The position numbers were made by a program, and so were the translations under genes. Source: Monocercomonoides exilis PA203 (taxonomy: Eukaryota > Protista > Preaxostyla). From it: DNA of 64,000 nt. Shown here piece after piece: positions 11,525 to 23,809 of the stretch. Below the pieces are notes generated by a model, which saw nothing but the letters and a program-made list of their open reading frames with translations, made no database searches and was not told where the DNA came from. The stretch is taken from NCBI GenBank assembly GCA_001643675.2, contig LSRY02000015.1, positions 930,001 through 994,000 of the forward strand, given 5' to 3'. How positions within the stretch are numbered: position 1 is the stretch's first letter; each line of letters opens with the position of its first letter.

Positions 11525-14076
11525 ATGTTTGATCGCTGGTCTCAGCAACAAGGACCTTCTATATTTCTTCCATCCCAAGGAACTGTCGAACCAAGAAGAA
11601 GAGTATTTTAATATTTGTTTTTAGATATGTTGCATTTAACATATGTTCTCGTAAATTTTTATAGATTCCGGGTCCAGCTGGAATGATTCTGACTGAGGAA
11701 CTCGAACAACCACAACAAGACGAAGTTGAAGAGCAAGAAGGTTCATTAGTCTTTTGCAGTTTGCTTTCAAAAAGATACAAATCAAAGCAACTTACTATAA
11801 AGAGAGACCTTGCTGTTCCTGAAAGAAGAAGAGTGCTTCAAGGACCTTGGAAGCGTATGTCAGATGCATATAAAGCAACGGAGGATGTTGTCGTTGCTGG
11901 TATGTTTGGTCAAAACGTGAAACATATTTTGGATGAAATGCCTGCTGATAAGCCAATTCCTCATCTTGCAGCAATGATAAAATCATTTGAAAGATCAGAA
12001 CTGTTCATACCTGGAGTAACAAATAGGCTTGCTTTGTTTTCTGATGCGACTGGAGAAATATTGGGAACTGTTCAATACTCTGTTATAACTGAACATTTTC
12101 CAAATTTTGTACCAAATGCAGTTGTAGTTTTGCGAGATGTACCAATATTTCATCGAACTAGATTTGGAAAACAGCTTCTTATCGGAACATCATGCATAGA
12201 AGCAATTTTTCCTCCATGGACAGAAGATCAAGCGAGACTTGAAGATCCAGAAAAACAACAAGAATCCTCAACATCTGCACAGCAGAGGCAGGAACAAGAG
12301 CAAGCAATTGAAGATCAAGAATATGATGAACGGGAATTTGGAAATTTAAATCAATCACATAGTTTTCCAGAAGAGCAATCTGTATCTAATCAACGCGAGA
12401 AAGAGAAACAAGTTGTTCATGGAAATACTCCTGAAGACATTGACATACTGGATGATCTTGACGAAGAAAGAAGAGAAGGAGATGAAGAACATGCTAGACA
12501 GGCACAAATCATTACAAGCGCTATTAGTTCGGCTTCTGAGTCATTGTTTGATACAAAAGTTACACCAAATGAACATCAATCACCTTTAACTCTCTCTGAA
12601 AGACAAGGCCAAGGAATAAATCAAAGAAAAAATGAAGATTCAGATGATTCTCAGAATGAAAATGAAAAGGAGCAGAAAAAGAATCCTGCAATTGAGAGGA
12701 AAAGTGACAATCAGCCTCAAAAAGAAATTTCGACATATGAAAATGTAGCGGATAAAAACAAAAAGCTAAAGCTAATGTTTCAACAATTTAAAGCAAACGA
12801 TAAAGCTTTGAAAGCTGATCTATCAAATCTCTCAAAAAAGAGGAGACTTGTTTCATTGGATGGGACAGATAATGAGAGGGAAAATGGTGAAGAGATAAAT
12901 AAACAGACAAATAAATCTAACTTGGATGAAGACACAACAATGCAAAAAGATGAAAATGATGACGAAGACGAAGACGAAGAAGCATTTTCACATCTAATTC
13001 CTCGATCCCCACTTATGAGGACTTCTCAGACAATCTCAACTACCCAATCTGATCAGAATTCTTCTTCTTCCTCATCCTCTTCGCTTTCCAATTCAAAATC
13101 TGTTGTTGATGATTTTTCATCGTTACAAACTTCATCACCATCATCAACTAACTCTATTTTTTCTTCTAATGTTCCAACTCCTCCATCTGGTTATTTCGCC
13201 TCTGTTGGCGATACATCTTCTTCTGCATTGTCATCATCATTAACACCTAACATTCCTTATTCTTCTGTTGGAAGCTCTCCACCAATGTTGCAACAGCCGG
13301 TGTCATCTTCTCCTTTGCGCTCTTCATCAAACACTGAGCCCTTAAATATTCTTGAATCATTTCGTTTTAATAGCAAGCATCCTGCCCCCAATAAAATCCA
13401 AAATACATCTCCTCCTTCATTTCATTTGATTATGAAAAACCCTCTTCAAAATCCAACTTCACCACAATTGGATTCTCTTCACACTCCTTCCTCTTCTTCT
13501 CCTCTTCCATTGACGTCTTCTTTGCTTCTGTCATCGACTCCTTCGCCTTCGCCTTCCAATGCACCATCTCATTTGCCTTCTCTTATATCAACCCCACCTT
13601 TCCAGTCAACAACTACTTCAAATCCTGATCCTCTTGAGTTGGCTGATTCGTCTCCTCTGGATAAGCTTGAAAGATTTCGAATGAATGCAGACAAATCAAA
13701 TAAGTCACCGCAGCATTTTTCTCCTCCTGTGAATCGTAATGCACCGTTTCCAGCCACTTTACCTCCTTACAACTCAAATGTTATCACTACACATGTTTAT
13801 AAGCCTAATATGAGCGTTAAAAGAGAAGATTCTGCAGTTGATTCTTCAAACAGCTTCTTAGAATCATTCGCTTACTCATCAAGCACTTCTTCAGAGCGTC
13901 TGTTTTCCAATGAAAATAAAAATTTCCAGGGTGCTACAAATTCTTTTTCTCAAGATTCATCAAGTCAACAACTTTCTTCTCAATTTTATTCACTGCCGCA
14001 ATTAACTCCACCAGGCAAACAAAAATCAGAGCTACAAGATATGGATTTACTAGACGATGAAGATGATGAAATGTGA
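11525..14076 (+). CDS. HROB: HROB/MCM8IP (C17orf53, DUF4539) OB-fold protein homologue, 2 exons
   Basis: Exon 11525-11602, intron 11603-11664, exon 11665-14076 give RRRIPGPAG...GPWKRM...IPHLAAMIKS...FSDATGEILGTVQYSVI...AVVVLRDVPIF...LLIGTSCIEAIFP. This matches the HROB motif order (IPGPAG; DPTGEMxGTxH; VLLLKxVxVF). A long disordered tail follows. Confidence 0.75.
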
Positions 14077-14428
14077 CGAAAAAGTTATTTTTAAAAAGTG
14101 TATTTAAATTTTAGTTTTTGAAATTGTTCCCATTATAATAAATATACAATAATCACATTTAATTTTTTACACAATTTTTACTGTTTTTAAAGTTTTTATT
14201 CTCATAAAAGCAAATTGTTTTCTTTAATAAAAATAATAACTATTAACAAAGCATTTATGGACACAGCTTCATCCCAGTTGAATATGTCTCATCAAGGTTT
14301 TACTTTCAATTTTTGTTTTGAAATTTTGAATGCATCAACATATTTTTATTCAATTTGGTTTAAACAAATTTCATATTTTTTGAACATCAGAGTTTTATGC
14401 TATTAAATCGAATGAGAAAGAGCAAGAA

Positions 14429-17400
14429 ATGAGATTTCATAAAATTCCGTTATCTCCAAGACAATGCCAAATTTACAAATCTCTCGGAATTGAAGTTAAC
14501 GAAGGAACGTATTACTCAATGCCAATTTCTTCTTTTGTGCTGGAGAAGAGAGATTTAAGTCCTGGAATGCCTTTACCAACTCCTGTCATTTCATCTGATA
14601 TCTACGCTTTGCCTCAAATGAAAGAAACGCAAAAACTTATAAATTCATTCTTAACCGAAACACAAAAATCAGATTTTGTTTCGTCCTATTTCGAGGATGA
14701 AGAAATTAAGTGGAGGAGCAAAATTCCATCGATAGATAGAAATGAAAGGCAACGGATTCTGGAAAAAAGGAAGAATGCTAAAAAATGTAAAAGTGAGCAA
14801 TCTAATTTGCTTGTAAAAAGGATTGAACAGCATAGACGAATGCTTAAAGAGCAAGAAAGAAAATATTGTAATACTCCGAATGATCAACCACATCAAGTTG
14901 ATCTTTGGAGAATAAATCAATGGAAGCAATTAGAAAGACAAAGACTAAAGCAAGCACAGGATATGAAATGGCTGGGATCTCCTGATAAGCCAATGAAGCT
15001 TAGAAATGAGGATAATAAAGAGGATAGCTTTGAAGAAGAATCTCCCAGCTTGTTTGACATATTGTACAAGCCTAAACTTTCTGAGAGAATGAAGCAGGCT
15101 GACAAAGATGAAATAATAATAGAAGATTTGAAAGAGATTGAGGCTCTTCAGACTGACATTGTGAATAGCACAGAAAAAATTGCAGAGGAAACAGGAAAGC
15201 AAAAGGAAGAAAAAGCAATAGAAAATATTGAAGAAAAGGAAAGATTGAATAAGGAAACAAGCAAAGAAAATCAAAGCGAAAAGGAAAGGAAATATTTGGT
15301 AAACGATGAAGAGAAAGAGAGAGAAAGAATGCTAAGAGACGAGCTTTTGTGCAAAGCAGAAGAAGAAAGGCAGAAAAATAAAAGCCAAAAACAGAAAAAG
15401 AGAGGGAAAAAGAGGCTTCAAGAGCCGAAAAGAAAAGAAGAATCAACCAAAGAGAAAAATGCTAAAGAAGAAGGAGGAGGAGAAGAAGAAGACAAAAATG
15501 ATGCAAACAAAGAAACAAGACTTTCTGAGGAAGAAGCGCAAAAAAGGGAAGAAGAGAGAGAGAAAATTGAAAGTGAGATTCGAATGGCAGTTGAGTCAAT
15601 ATTAAACAGGACAATAGACGAAGTCTATGAAAAGCGAAGAAAAGAGAAAATTGAAAGAGAAAAAGAAGAAAAAGAAAAAGAAAAAGAAAAAGAAAAAGAA
15701 AAAGAAAAAGAAAAAGAAGAAAAAGAAGAAAAGGAGGAGGAGGAAAAGAAGAAGAATGTGGAGATGTTAAAGAGGAGAGAGGAAGAAAGAAGGAAGAAGG
15801 AAGAAGAAGAAAAGAAGTTGGAGAAAGAAAGGAAAGAAAAGATTGAAGCAGAACAAAAGAAACAGAAAGAAAAAGAAGAAGAAGAAAGGCAAAGACAAGA
15901 AGAAGAAGAAGAAGAAGAAGAAGAAGAAAAGAGAAAGATCGAAGAATTAAGGATTCGAAGAGAAAATGAAAGAAAGCAAAAGGATATTGAAGAGAGAATA
16001 AAAAAGGAAGAAGAGGAAAAGAAGAGGAAAGAAGAGGAAGAGAGGGAAAAGAAGGAAAGATTGAGAAAAGAAGAAGAAGAAAAAGAAAAAGAAAAAGAAA
16101 GAAAGAAGAAAGAGCTGGAGGAAAAGAAGAAGAGAGAAGAAGAAGAAGAAAGAAAGAGGAAAGAAGAGGAAGAGAGAAAAAGGAGAGAAAAAGAAGAGAA
16201 AGCAAAGAAAGCAGAGGAAAACAGAAAGAGAAAGGAAGAAGAAAGAAGAAGAAAAGAAGAAGAAGATAGAAAAAGGAGAGAAGCGGAAGAGAAGAGACAG
16301 AAACAAGAAGAAGAAAGAAAGAAGAAAGAAGAAGAAAGATTAAAGCGGGAGGAGGAGGAGAGGATGAGAAAGGAAGAGGAAGAAAGGCTAAGAAAGGAGG
16401 AAGAGGAACGACTCAGAAAAGAGGAGGAAGAGAGGAGGAAGAGGGAGGAAGAAGAAAGAATAAGGAAAGAGGAAGAAGAAGAGAGGAAAAGGAAAGAAGA
16501 GGAGGAAAGGTTAAAACGGGAAGAAGAAGAACGATTAAGAAAAGAGGAGGAAGAAAGGAAGAAAAAGGAAGAAGAAAGATTGAGAAAAGAAGAGGAGAAG
16601 AGAAAACGAAAGGAAGAAGAAGAAAGGAAGAAGAAAGAAGAGGAAGAAGAAGAAGAAGAAAGGAAGAGGAAGGAAGAAGAAGAGAAATTGAAGAGAGAAC
16701 AAGAAGAGAAGATGAAGAAAGAAGAAGAGGAAAGAAAAAAGAAAGAGGAAGAGGAAAGGTTGAAAAAGGAAGAAGAAGAACGACTTAAAAGAGAGGAAGA
16801 GGAGCATTTACAGCCAGTTGCAAAAGAATCCGAGACGAAGAGAGAGAAAGAAGATGATTCAAAGAGCAGCACAACACCTGCTTCTGAAGAAGAGCCGAAA
16901 AAAGACGAAAATGCAACTGAACCGAACGAAGAGCAAAAAACAGGTAAAACTTCTATGAAAATGGCTGATCGATCATTAAGCCAGGGAGTTTCAGAGGAAG
17001 GTAGCATAACTCTGGTTGCTGTGCCGTTCCATTTCGTTCCCGAGGCAAAAGACGTCGGCGTCTGCGGCGGTTGGGACGGGTGGCAGTCGATCTATCCGAT
17101 GCAGAGAGACGAAGAGAAGCAGGAGTGGGTGTGGAAGGCGAAAATGACAGACACGCTGAAAGGAAAAGCGCCTGCTGCGCAGGGAAAGAAGGCAGATGGC
17201 AAAGAAGGCGAGAAGAAGAAGAGGAAGAAGAAGAAAGCGTCAGCAGCAGAAGATGAGAAAGCAGAAACAAAAGCAGAAGCAGAAGAAGATGAAATATCTG
17301 TTCCGATAAGCACGCTTTTGAATGGGTCGAAATATCAAATGAGATTCTGGATTGACGGAAAGAGTGTGACTCTGCAGCATCTTCCGCGTGTTGGCAAAAG

Positions 17401-17839
17401 CGGAGAGGAAAACAATGTTGTGCATTTTTCTGCAGATGGCAGCCATGTTAAGCAGTTTTATGCCTCTTCAAGTGAAAAAGGAGGGAAAAAACGCAAACAA
17501 AACAAAAAATCTGCATCAGCTTCGAGCAGCACAGCACTTGAGAATTCATCCTCCACCACGCCAGCATCAACTCTTCCGCTTCAATCAACAAGTGGCAGTG
17601 AAGCGATTGAACATGAAAATACAAATGATAAACTTGTTGCTGATACCTCTGAAAATTCCGTAAAAGACACTCCGAAACGGTCTTTCACAATCAAATTAGT
17701 AGCATCTGCTACTGTTACACCCTCACAAAATCAGAAAAAGCAAAGCACATCATCTTCACCTTCAGCATTGCCGAGCAGTTCTCAAAGGTCTGTTTCTCAG
17801 ACTTTATCTTCAAAAAAGAAAAAATCAAAAAAGAATTAA
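14429..17839 (+). CDS. 1136-aa protein with long E/K/R charged helix and C-terminal AMPK-beta-type CBM48 domain
   Basis: Single intact ORF with ~400 aa of EEEERKRK-type repeats. Near the end, VPFHFVPEAKDVGVCGGWDGWQSIYPMQR...WVW...KYQMRFWIDGK matches the AMPK1_CBM/CBM48 pattern. Confidence 0.75.
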   Translation: MRFHKIPLSPRQCQIYKSLGIEVNEGTYYSMPISSFVLEKRDLSPGMPLPTPVISSDIYALPQMKETQKLINSFLTETQKSDFVSSYFEDEEIKWRSKIPSIDRNERQRILEKRKNAKKCKSEQSNLLVKRIEQHRRMLKEQERKYCNTPNDQPHQVDLWRINQWKQLERQRLKQAQDMKWLGSPDKPMKLRNEDNKEDSFEEESPSLFDILYKPKLSERMKQADKDEIIIEDLKEIEALQTDIVNSTEKIAEETGKQKEEKAIENIEEKERLNKETSKENQSEKERKYLVNDEEKERERMLRDELLCKAEEERQKNKSQKQKKRGKKRLQEPKRKEESTKEKNAKEEGGGEEEDKNDANKETRLSEEEAQKREEEREKIESEIRMAVESILNRTIDEVYEKRRKEKIEREKEEKEKEKEKEKEKEKEKEEKEEKEEEEKKKNVEMLKRREEERRKKEEEEKKLEKERKEKIEAEQKKQKEKEEEERQRQEEEEEEEEEEKRKIEELRIRRENERKQKDIEERIKKEEEEKKRKEEEEREKKERLRKEEEEKEKEKERKKKELEEKKKREEEEERKRKEEEERKRREKEEKAKKAEENRKRKEEERRRKEEEDRKRREAEEKRQKQEEERKKKEEERLKREEEERMRKEEEERLRKEEEERLRKEEEERRKREEEERIRKEEEEERKRKEEEERLKREEEERLRKEEEERKKKEEERLRKEEEKRKRKEEEERKKKEEEEEEEERKRKEEEEKLKREQEEKMKKEEEERKKKEEEERLKKEEEERLKREEEEHLQPVAKESETKREKEDDSKSSTTPASEEEPKKDENATEPNEEQKTGKTSMKMADRSLSQGVSEEGSITLVAVPFHFVPEAKDVGVCGGWDGWQSIYPMQRDEEKQEWVWKAKMTDTLKGKAPAAQGKKADGKEGEKKKRKKKKASAAEDEKAETKAEAEEDEISVPISTLLNGSKYQMRFWIDGKSVTLQHLPRVGKSGEENNVVHFSADGSHVKQFYASSSEKGGKKRKQNKKSASASSSTALENSSSTTPASTLPLQSTSGSEAIEHENTNDKLVADTSENSVKDTPKRSFTIKLVASATVTPSQNQKKQSTSSSPSALPSSSQRSVSQTLSSKKKKSKKN

Positions 17840-18434
17840 CAAGTGTTCGATATTAAACTTTCATATGTTGCACCGAAATTTCTTGAAGTTTTTGATATTT
17901 TTAATATTATAAACTTTGATGATAACTTTGCAATATCAAGGTTTTTTTTTTGATATTTTCTTTTTAAATTTGAAAGATAACAACATTTTCTCGAACAATA
18001 TGTTAGACTATGCTTAAGTAAGATTTAAGTAGTTGTAATAATAAATGAAATGGCATTCTTGCCATTCTTCTTTTTTTTTAAAAAAAATTATCAAAAAAAT
18101 ATTTAGAAGGCTGATCCTTTTTGAAACCATACTTATTGTGAATTTTTAGCATTAATAATTGATTACAAAATAAAGTTCTGACTTTTTTCATCAATCATTT
18201 TTTGAATACTCTTCCATTTCAATTCATAACAAAAGAAAAGAAAAGAAAAGAAAGAATGGATGAATGAAATAATTTGGAAAAAATATTTCTTTAAAGCATT
18301 TATTTGTTGATTTTCCATTTATGAATGCGAATAGTCATTTTTGAAATCATTTCATCTATTTGGGTGTTGTTAATGAAAAGGCTTTCATTCATTTTGAAAA
18401 TGGATTTCTTCTTGATGATAAATTTTTCGGAATA

Positions 18435-18831
18435 CAGTTTGTGCAAAAAATGCCGGACATCGCACAAAATACCGGACAAGATCGATTTCACAATAACTGC
18501 AAGAGGAAAAATTCTGACTATTTTTCTCAAAATATATCTCATTAATTCAAACTCATTTGAAAAGTCAAACTTTCAATACTTCCTCGTTAGTGCTCAGAGT
18601 AAATTATTTTTTTAATCTCGCAGAAATTGGTTTTTGAATTTCTCCGAGATTTATATATATCTATTTTTCTGAGCTAAAGCGAAGCTGTCCTTAAAGTTTG
18701 ACATTTCCTATGAATTTGTATTGATGAGATATATTTTGAGGAAAATAGTCAGAATTTTTCCTCTTGCAGTTATTGTGAAATCGATCTTGTCCGGTATTTT
18801 GTGCGATGCCAGGTATTTTTTGCGATATCTG
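18435..18831. mobile_element. Fold-back MITE, Tc1/mariner-like (CAG...CTG, TA TSD), copy 1
   Basis: About 140-bp imperfect inverted arms containing CCGGACATCGCAC and CCGGACAAGATCG motifs. TA flanks at 18433-4 and 18832-3. Confidence 0.75.
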
Positions 18832-19298
18832 TAATTCCAAAAGCCAAAGAAAGAAAAGAAAAAAATCAGATGTGTTATTTAGGCTCATTCATCACTTTTC
18901 AATGTTCATTTTTGAATATTCAATTTAAATATTCAAACAGAAATATTTCTTAGAAAATTTTTTGATTTCGAAAATAAAAATCCACTTTTGCTTTTAATGT
19001 CGAAAATTTTTTGTTAAGATCCTTTTGTATAATTTTCAAAAAAAATAAAAATTTCATATTTCTATCAAACTTCTTATTCCACTCACCAAATTTCTCTGTC
19101 ATGAAAACAAATTTTCAATAATGTTAGGATTATCATTTCAGGGAAGTTTCGTAAGAGGGAATAAAAATTTGATCGATGAATGAAATTTTCATTTAATTTG
19201 AAAATAAGACAAAAGGAACTATGCAAAAAAATAAAGACAAATGCGAACATGAAAAAAATTCTTTGAAAAAATTTCAGTTCCTTCTCATCATGTTTCAC

Positions 19299-19303
<5 letters not shown>

Positions 19304-19329
<26 letters not shown>

Positions 19330-19370
19330 CAAAACAAAACAAAACAAAACAAAACAAAACAAAACAAAAA
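19304..19370. repeat. (CAAAA)n pentanucleotide microsatellite
   Basis: Direct reading of the tandem repeat. Confidence 0.9.
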
Positions 19371-19602
19371 CGAAAAAAAAAAGATGTCAAAAAACGATCA
19401 ATTTTTTTTAGCATCTTTTCTGTTTGGTGAATCCGAACAAATAATTGTTCAAAATATGCTGTTGTTTTTTTGCCAAATTGTGTTTGAAAAAAGTTCAAAT
19501 TTTGAAAAACATTTTGAAAAATGTTAAAAAAATACTGGCTTTCTTGTCTTGCAAGCATTAATTACGAAAAAATATTGTTTTTTCATAACTTCAAAATATA
19601 TA

Positions 19603-19861
19603 TAGAAGATAATTTTTGAAATCATATTTTTTTCATTCAAATATTTCGTTTGAAAATTCACTTTTGAATATCACTTGAAGAACACTGAAAAAAGAAAAGG
19701 ATTATTGAAGACATTGTCGTTTTTTATTCAGATTAAACATTTGTCAAAAAAAATAGTTCTGATAATTTTTTGCATTTTTGACAAAATCTCTTCACAGTGA
19801 CATGCAACCTTCGATAAATCAACACTCCGAAAAAAGTTATGATTTCAAAAATAATCACACA
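19603..19861. mobile_element. TGGG...CCCA MITE family type I (~257 bp), degenerate copy
   Basis: Ends resemble TGGGTGATTATTTTTGAAATCATA and its reverse complement. The interior aligns with the copies at 32286 and 62796. Confidence 0.65.
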
Positions 19862-19995
19862 TTTTCAATCACAATCAGATCAAGTTACAAAAAGTTGTGC
19901 AAAATCCAATGACATTATTTTCCTTTTTTATTATAACTATTTTCTTTTTTCTTTCTTTTTTTAATCACTTCCATCTTTTTGTATTTATTATTGGT

Positions 19996-20095
19996 TTTTA
20001 TTTTATTTTATTTTATTTTATTTTATTTTATTTTATTTTATTTTATTTTATTTTATTTAATTTTATTTAATTTTATTTTATTTTTATTTTTATTT
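19996..20095. repeat. (TTTTA)n microsatellite
   Basis: Direct reading. Confidence 0.85.
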
Positions 20096-20471
20096 TTTTT
20101 TCCTTCATTTATTTATTTCAATTCCCACATTCCTATATCTGTCTTTCTTTCTTCCTTTCTCTTCTTCAATGGTTATAAAAAATTGTGTATTATGAACATT
20201 TCTTTCAATAGCGAAAATTTTAATTGCTCTATCTCACTGTTTGTTGCTATCAGTCTTTCCGAAATTTTCTTGCATCCAGATTTGCCCTTTTCAACCTTCT
20301 TTTATCAAACAAGATCAATGAAAATATAAAACAATGAATGATTTTGAAATGTCTTTCACCCCCATAATAAAATACTACGTTAAACAAAGTCATTAGTTTT
20401 TCGATAGATTTCAATTTCTAAGAAAAATTAAACGAAGAGTTCGCTTTCATCTTAGTTTATATTATTGAAAT

Positions 20472-22080
20472 ATGATCAATGATGAGACAAAATGTGTTGA
20501 AGAGTTTGAAGGTGTGAGCTATTTTGAATACGTTTTCTTGCTTATTTCGAGAGCTTTCCACCATTTTTATACTCTAAGATATGTGCAGACAATTATTAGA
20601 TTCAGAAAAAGACGATCAGCTTATAATTATTAACAAACTGAATACGTTTGTTAAGAACATGGGAAAAAAGGAGCTATCTGCTGTTTTTTCAACAAAAACT
20701 TTTGACACAGTTGGTGAAATTGTAAGTGAGGAATCTCTGCAAAAACAAGGAAGGCAGCACGACTTAGAGGATGCTTTGCTTATTATTATCCCATTCTTAA
20801 AACAAATAGGATTTCAAAGCATCATTTGCGATTTATTCAAAAATCCACATCCTTTTGAGTCTTCAACTCTACAACCTTTTATTAGTTGGTATATATTATG
20901 TACAGATTCAAATTTAAAGATGTGTGCAGACAATGAAAAAAAAGCAATTTTAAAAGCAAAATTATTACAGCTTTCCATTGTTTATCACGTTCTACATTCT
21001 GAAATGACCATATTTTCAACGGATATGGCAAACATTACTGTCCCTACTCTTTTGGAAGAGATTGTAACGCATGTGAAATCGAATGGTCAAAGCCATCAAG
21101 TGGAAGAAGCTCTGATGGCTCTCAGTCAAATTTTTGTGCGATGTATGTTCTTTTTTGTGAATTTTTGCGCTTTAAACGCATGCGGCTAAATTTTCTCGTA
21201 TACTTCGCTATCAGATAACGTAGAATTTTTGAAGGAAATGAATCTGCTATCAATTATTGTGAAAAGATTAGAATGCAACTCATCAAATCACAATCTTTCA
21301 ACAGCGTCAACATGCATTGCGTGGAAAATTATGTGGAGCGCTCGTTGGATCTCGAAAAAACAATCATATGAATACTTCAGAAACCATTTCCTGGATTCAG
21401 TTAATGAAATCTTGCCTGCCCTTAGTTCATTTTCTATTGATGATTCTTTGGGCAGCTTATCAGATGTTGATAAGTACTTGTTAAGAAATTCGAAGAAAGG
21501 AGATGAATGCTTCCAAAAGAAAAGGGAAGATGAAAAAGGCACAGAAAGTGTTGAGTGCAATTGGCGATTGAATGAATGGGCACGAAAACAACTTCTTTTT
21601 CTTTTTAGCGATTTTATTTATGAAGGAAAAGAGGAAAAATTTATCAGTCGAGTTTGCCAAGATCGTTTCCTCCTCATGCAAATGGATAGGATCACCCTCG
21701 AAATGCGGAATGAAACAATCCCGTCACGATTTCGCATCGCTAACATTCAGCGCTTGCTATTTTCATATGGAACATTGAAAGATGTGGAGCTTCTGTTTGC
21801 AGGAGGACACGTTTCTCTAATTGTGAAGCAACTGTGCATGATTGATTCTGCGGAGAACATAACGTGGGAAAGAACTGGAGCCATTGAAGATTTAATACAA
21901 CATTTCTGCTCCATGAGTGTTCGATCCATTCAGAATTCGGTGATGGATGACATTGAGACGTTTCTTACAATTAGAAAAAAGCTTATGGAAATTTGTGAGG
22001 AGGAGGGACTGTTGGATGTGGTATGGGCAACTATACACAGATTAAATGATTGCTTTTCACAACTTACAGAAAATCTGTGA
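20472..22080 (+). CDS. Lineage-specific helical protein, divergent member of the expanded '...EEEG..D' family, 3 exons
   Basis: Exons 20472-20511, 20579-21142 and 21215-22080 join in frame across GT-AG introns. VPTLL...QVEEALMALS, AW and a terminal CEEEGLLD parallel the family member at 24106-25577. Confidence 0.65.
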
Positions 22081-22380
22081 TTGATGTTTTCAACAGTTGA
22101 TATAATAAAAAGAACAAATTTTGATGCATTTTCTCAATTATTCATGAAAGTCTACATTTCAACAAAAGTTTGATAATTTTTCTCACATTTATCAAAAGAG
22201 AAACAAGAATATCTAAATTTATTTGAAAAACAAAACCCCATTCCTTAATTGATTTTTATAGCTGTCAAAAATATTTTGAAAAACGAAAACAATTCTCTTT
22301 CATAGAAGTCTTATTTTAGACAAGATCACAATAATATTAAATAATCTTTTTCTCTTTCCGTCAAGGATTTGAAAAGAAAT

Positions 22381-23157
22381 ATGCATCTTATCTTAAATTG
22401 TGGGCCACCGGCATCTGGGAAAACATCAGTTGCTACGGCTTTGTCAGAGCATTTCAATGCAAAACAATATAAAGTTACTGTTGTGAACGAAGAAACGCTC
22501 GGACTTGACAAAACAGAATCGTACAAAGGTAGGCTAAATTAAAACTTAATATTTTTCAAATGCTTAATAATGATTAATTCAGTGTGTATTCTTATTTATT
22601 TTAAATCTCGTTTTTTATCAACCATTTTCTATTTCCTTCAAAGATAATTATGGAGAAATGAATTTACGTTCGTCCCTAAAAACAGCTGTATATCAAGCTC
22701 TTTCAACGCCTGGAACAGCCTCACAAGCAGCAACACCTTCTAGCGCTTATTTTGGTTCCGATGCTCCTTCCGAAAAGCCAAATGCTCAGACATCCCCGAT
22801 TTGCATATGGGATTCATTGAATTACATTCGTGGCTTTCGTTGTGAACTGTTTTGTATTGCAAGACAGTTTTTGACAACATTTTGCTTGGTGTATTGCACA
22901 GTCCCAATGGTAGAAGCATACAAATGGAACATCTCAGAGGAGCGTGAACAAGCAAATATTCACCCGAAATGTTTATTAACCTCACTTTTCGGTTTGAGGT
23001 TTCAAAAGAAGATAATCATTGGGAGCGACCATTCTTCAAAGTTCAGCCAGCTCCTCAGGATGTGTACGACGAATACCAACTGCTTCGGAGCACTTGCAGG
23101 AGATACCAAAAATCAAGAAAGAAAAGGCTCACACACGCGAACAAGTGTAAAGAATGA
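22381..23157 (+). pseudogene. KTI12: KTI12 (Elongator-associated P-loop protein), frameshifted and apparently truncated
   Basis: MHLILNCGPPASGKT (P-loop), intron 22529-22643, DSLNYIRGFRCELFCIAR, then a 1-nt frameshift near 22955 into YSPEMFINLTFRFE...HWERPFF. No recognisable C-terminal KTI12 domain follows. Confidence 0.75.
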
Positions 23158-23673
23158 AAAAACGAAAGTTGAAGAGATATGGCAAAATTTGAAAATGAAA
23201 AGCAAAATTATGAAAATCAAGAAGGAGACAAATTGCATGTTCATGGAAAGAGCGGAAAAGAGGAATTTATTGATGAAAAGGAAGAAGAAGATTTTGATTA
23301 TCAAGTTGATGAAGTTCATTCGATTGAAAGTTATTTGATAAGCCCGATATTTCTGATGTTTTTAATGAAGAAACTATTTCTTTGGTATAAATCGGAATAA
23401 TATGCAATTTGGCTTATCATTTTGAGAAGATTCGATTTACGTTGTTTTACTGCTTCTTCCTCCCAGCAAAAGAAGAGGAAAAGAGCAAAATGCAGTCGCT
23501 TTCCCAATTTTTGTGAGCGAAAAGACAGAAAAAATGTAGAAGTTATTGTCATTTTTAGGATTATCAGTTTAATTATAGTTGTGACTTTTATTATTCTTGT
23601 TCTTGTTCTTCTCCATCCTCTTCTGAAATTCTGATTCCGTTGCAGTCAGAGGAAATTCATTGGGATTGGAGAA

Positions 23674-23777
23674 AGAAGAAGAAGAAGAAGAAAAAGAAAA
23701 AAAAATGAGAAGAAGAAGAAGAAGAAGAAGAAGAAGAAGAAGAAGAAGAAGAAGAAGAAGAAGAAGAAGAAGAAGAA

Positions 23778-23809
<32 letters not shown>

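Noticed and set aside
15072-17007. Long Phe/Ser/Leu-rich minus-strand ORFs (also 4087-4803 and 23646-23930)
   Set aside because: Antisense shadows of GAA/AAG-rich coding or microsatellite DNA.
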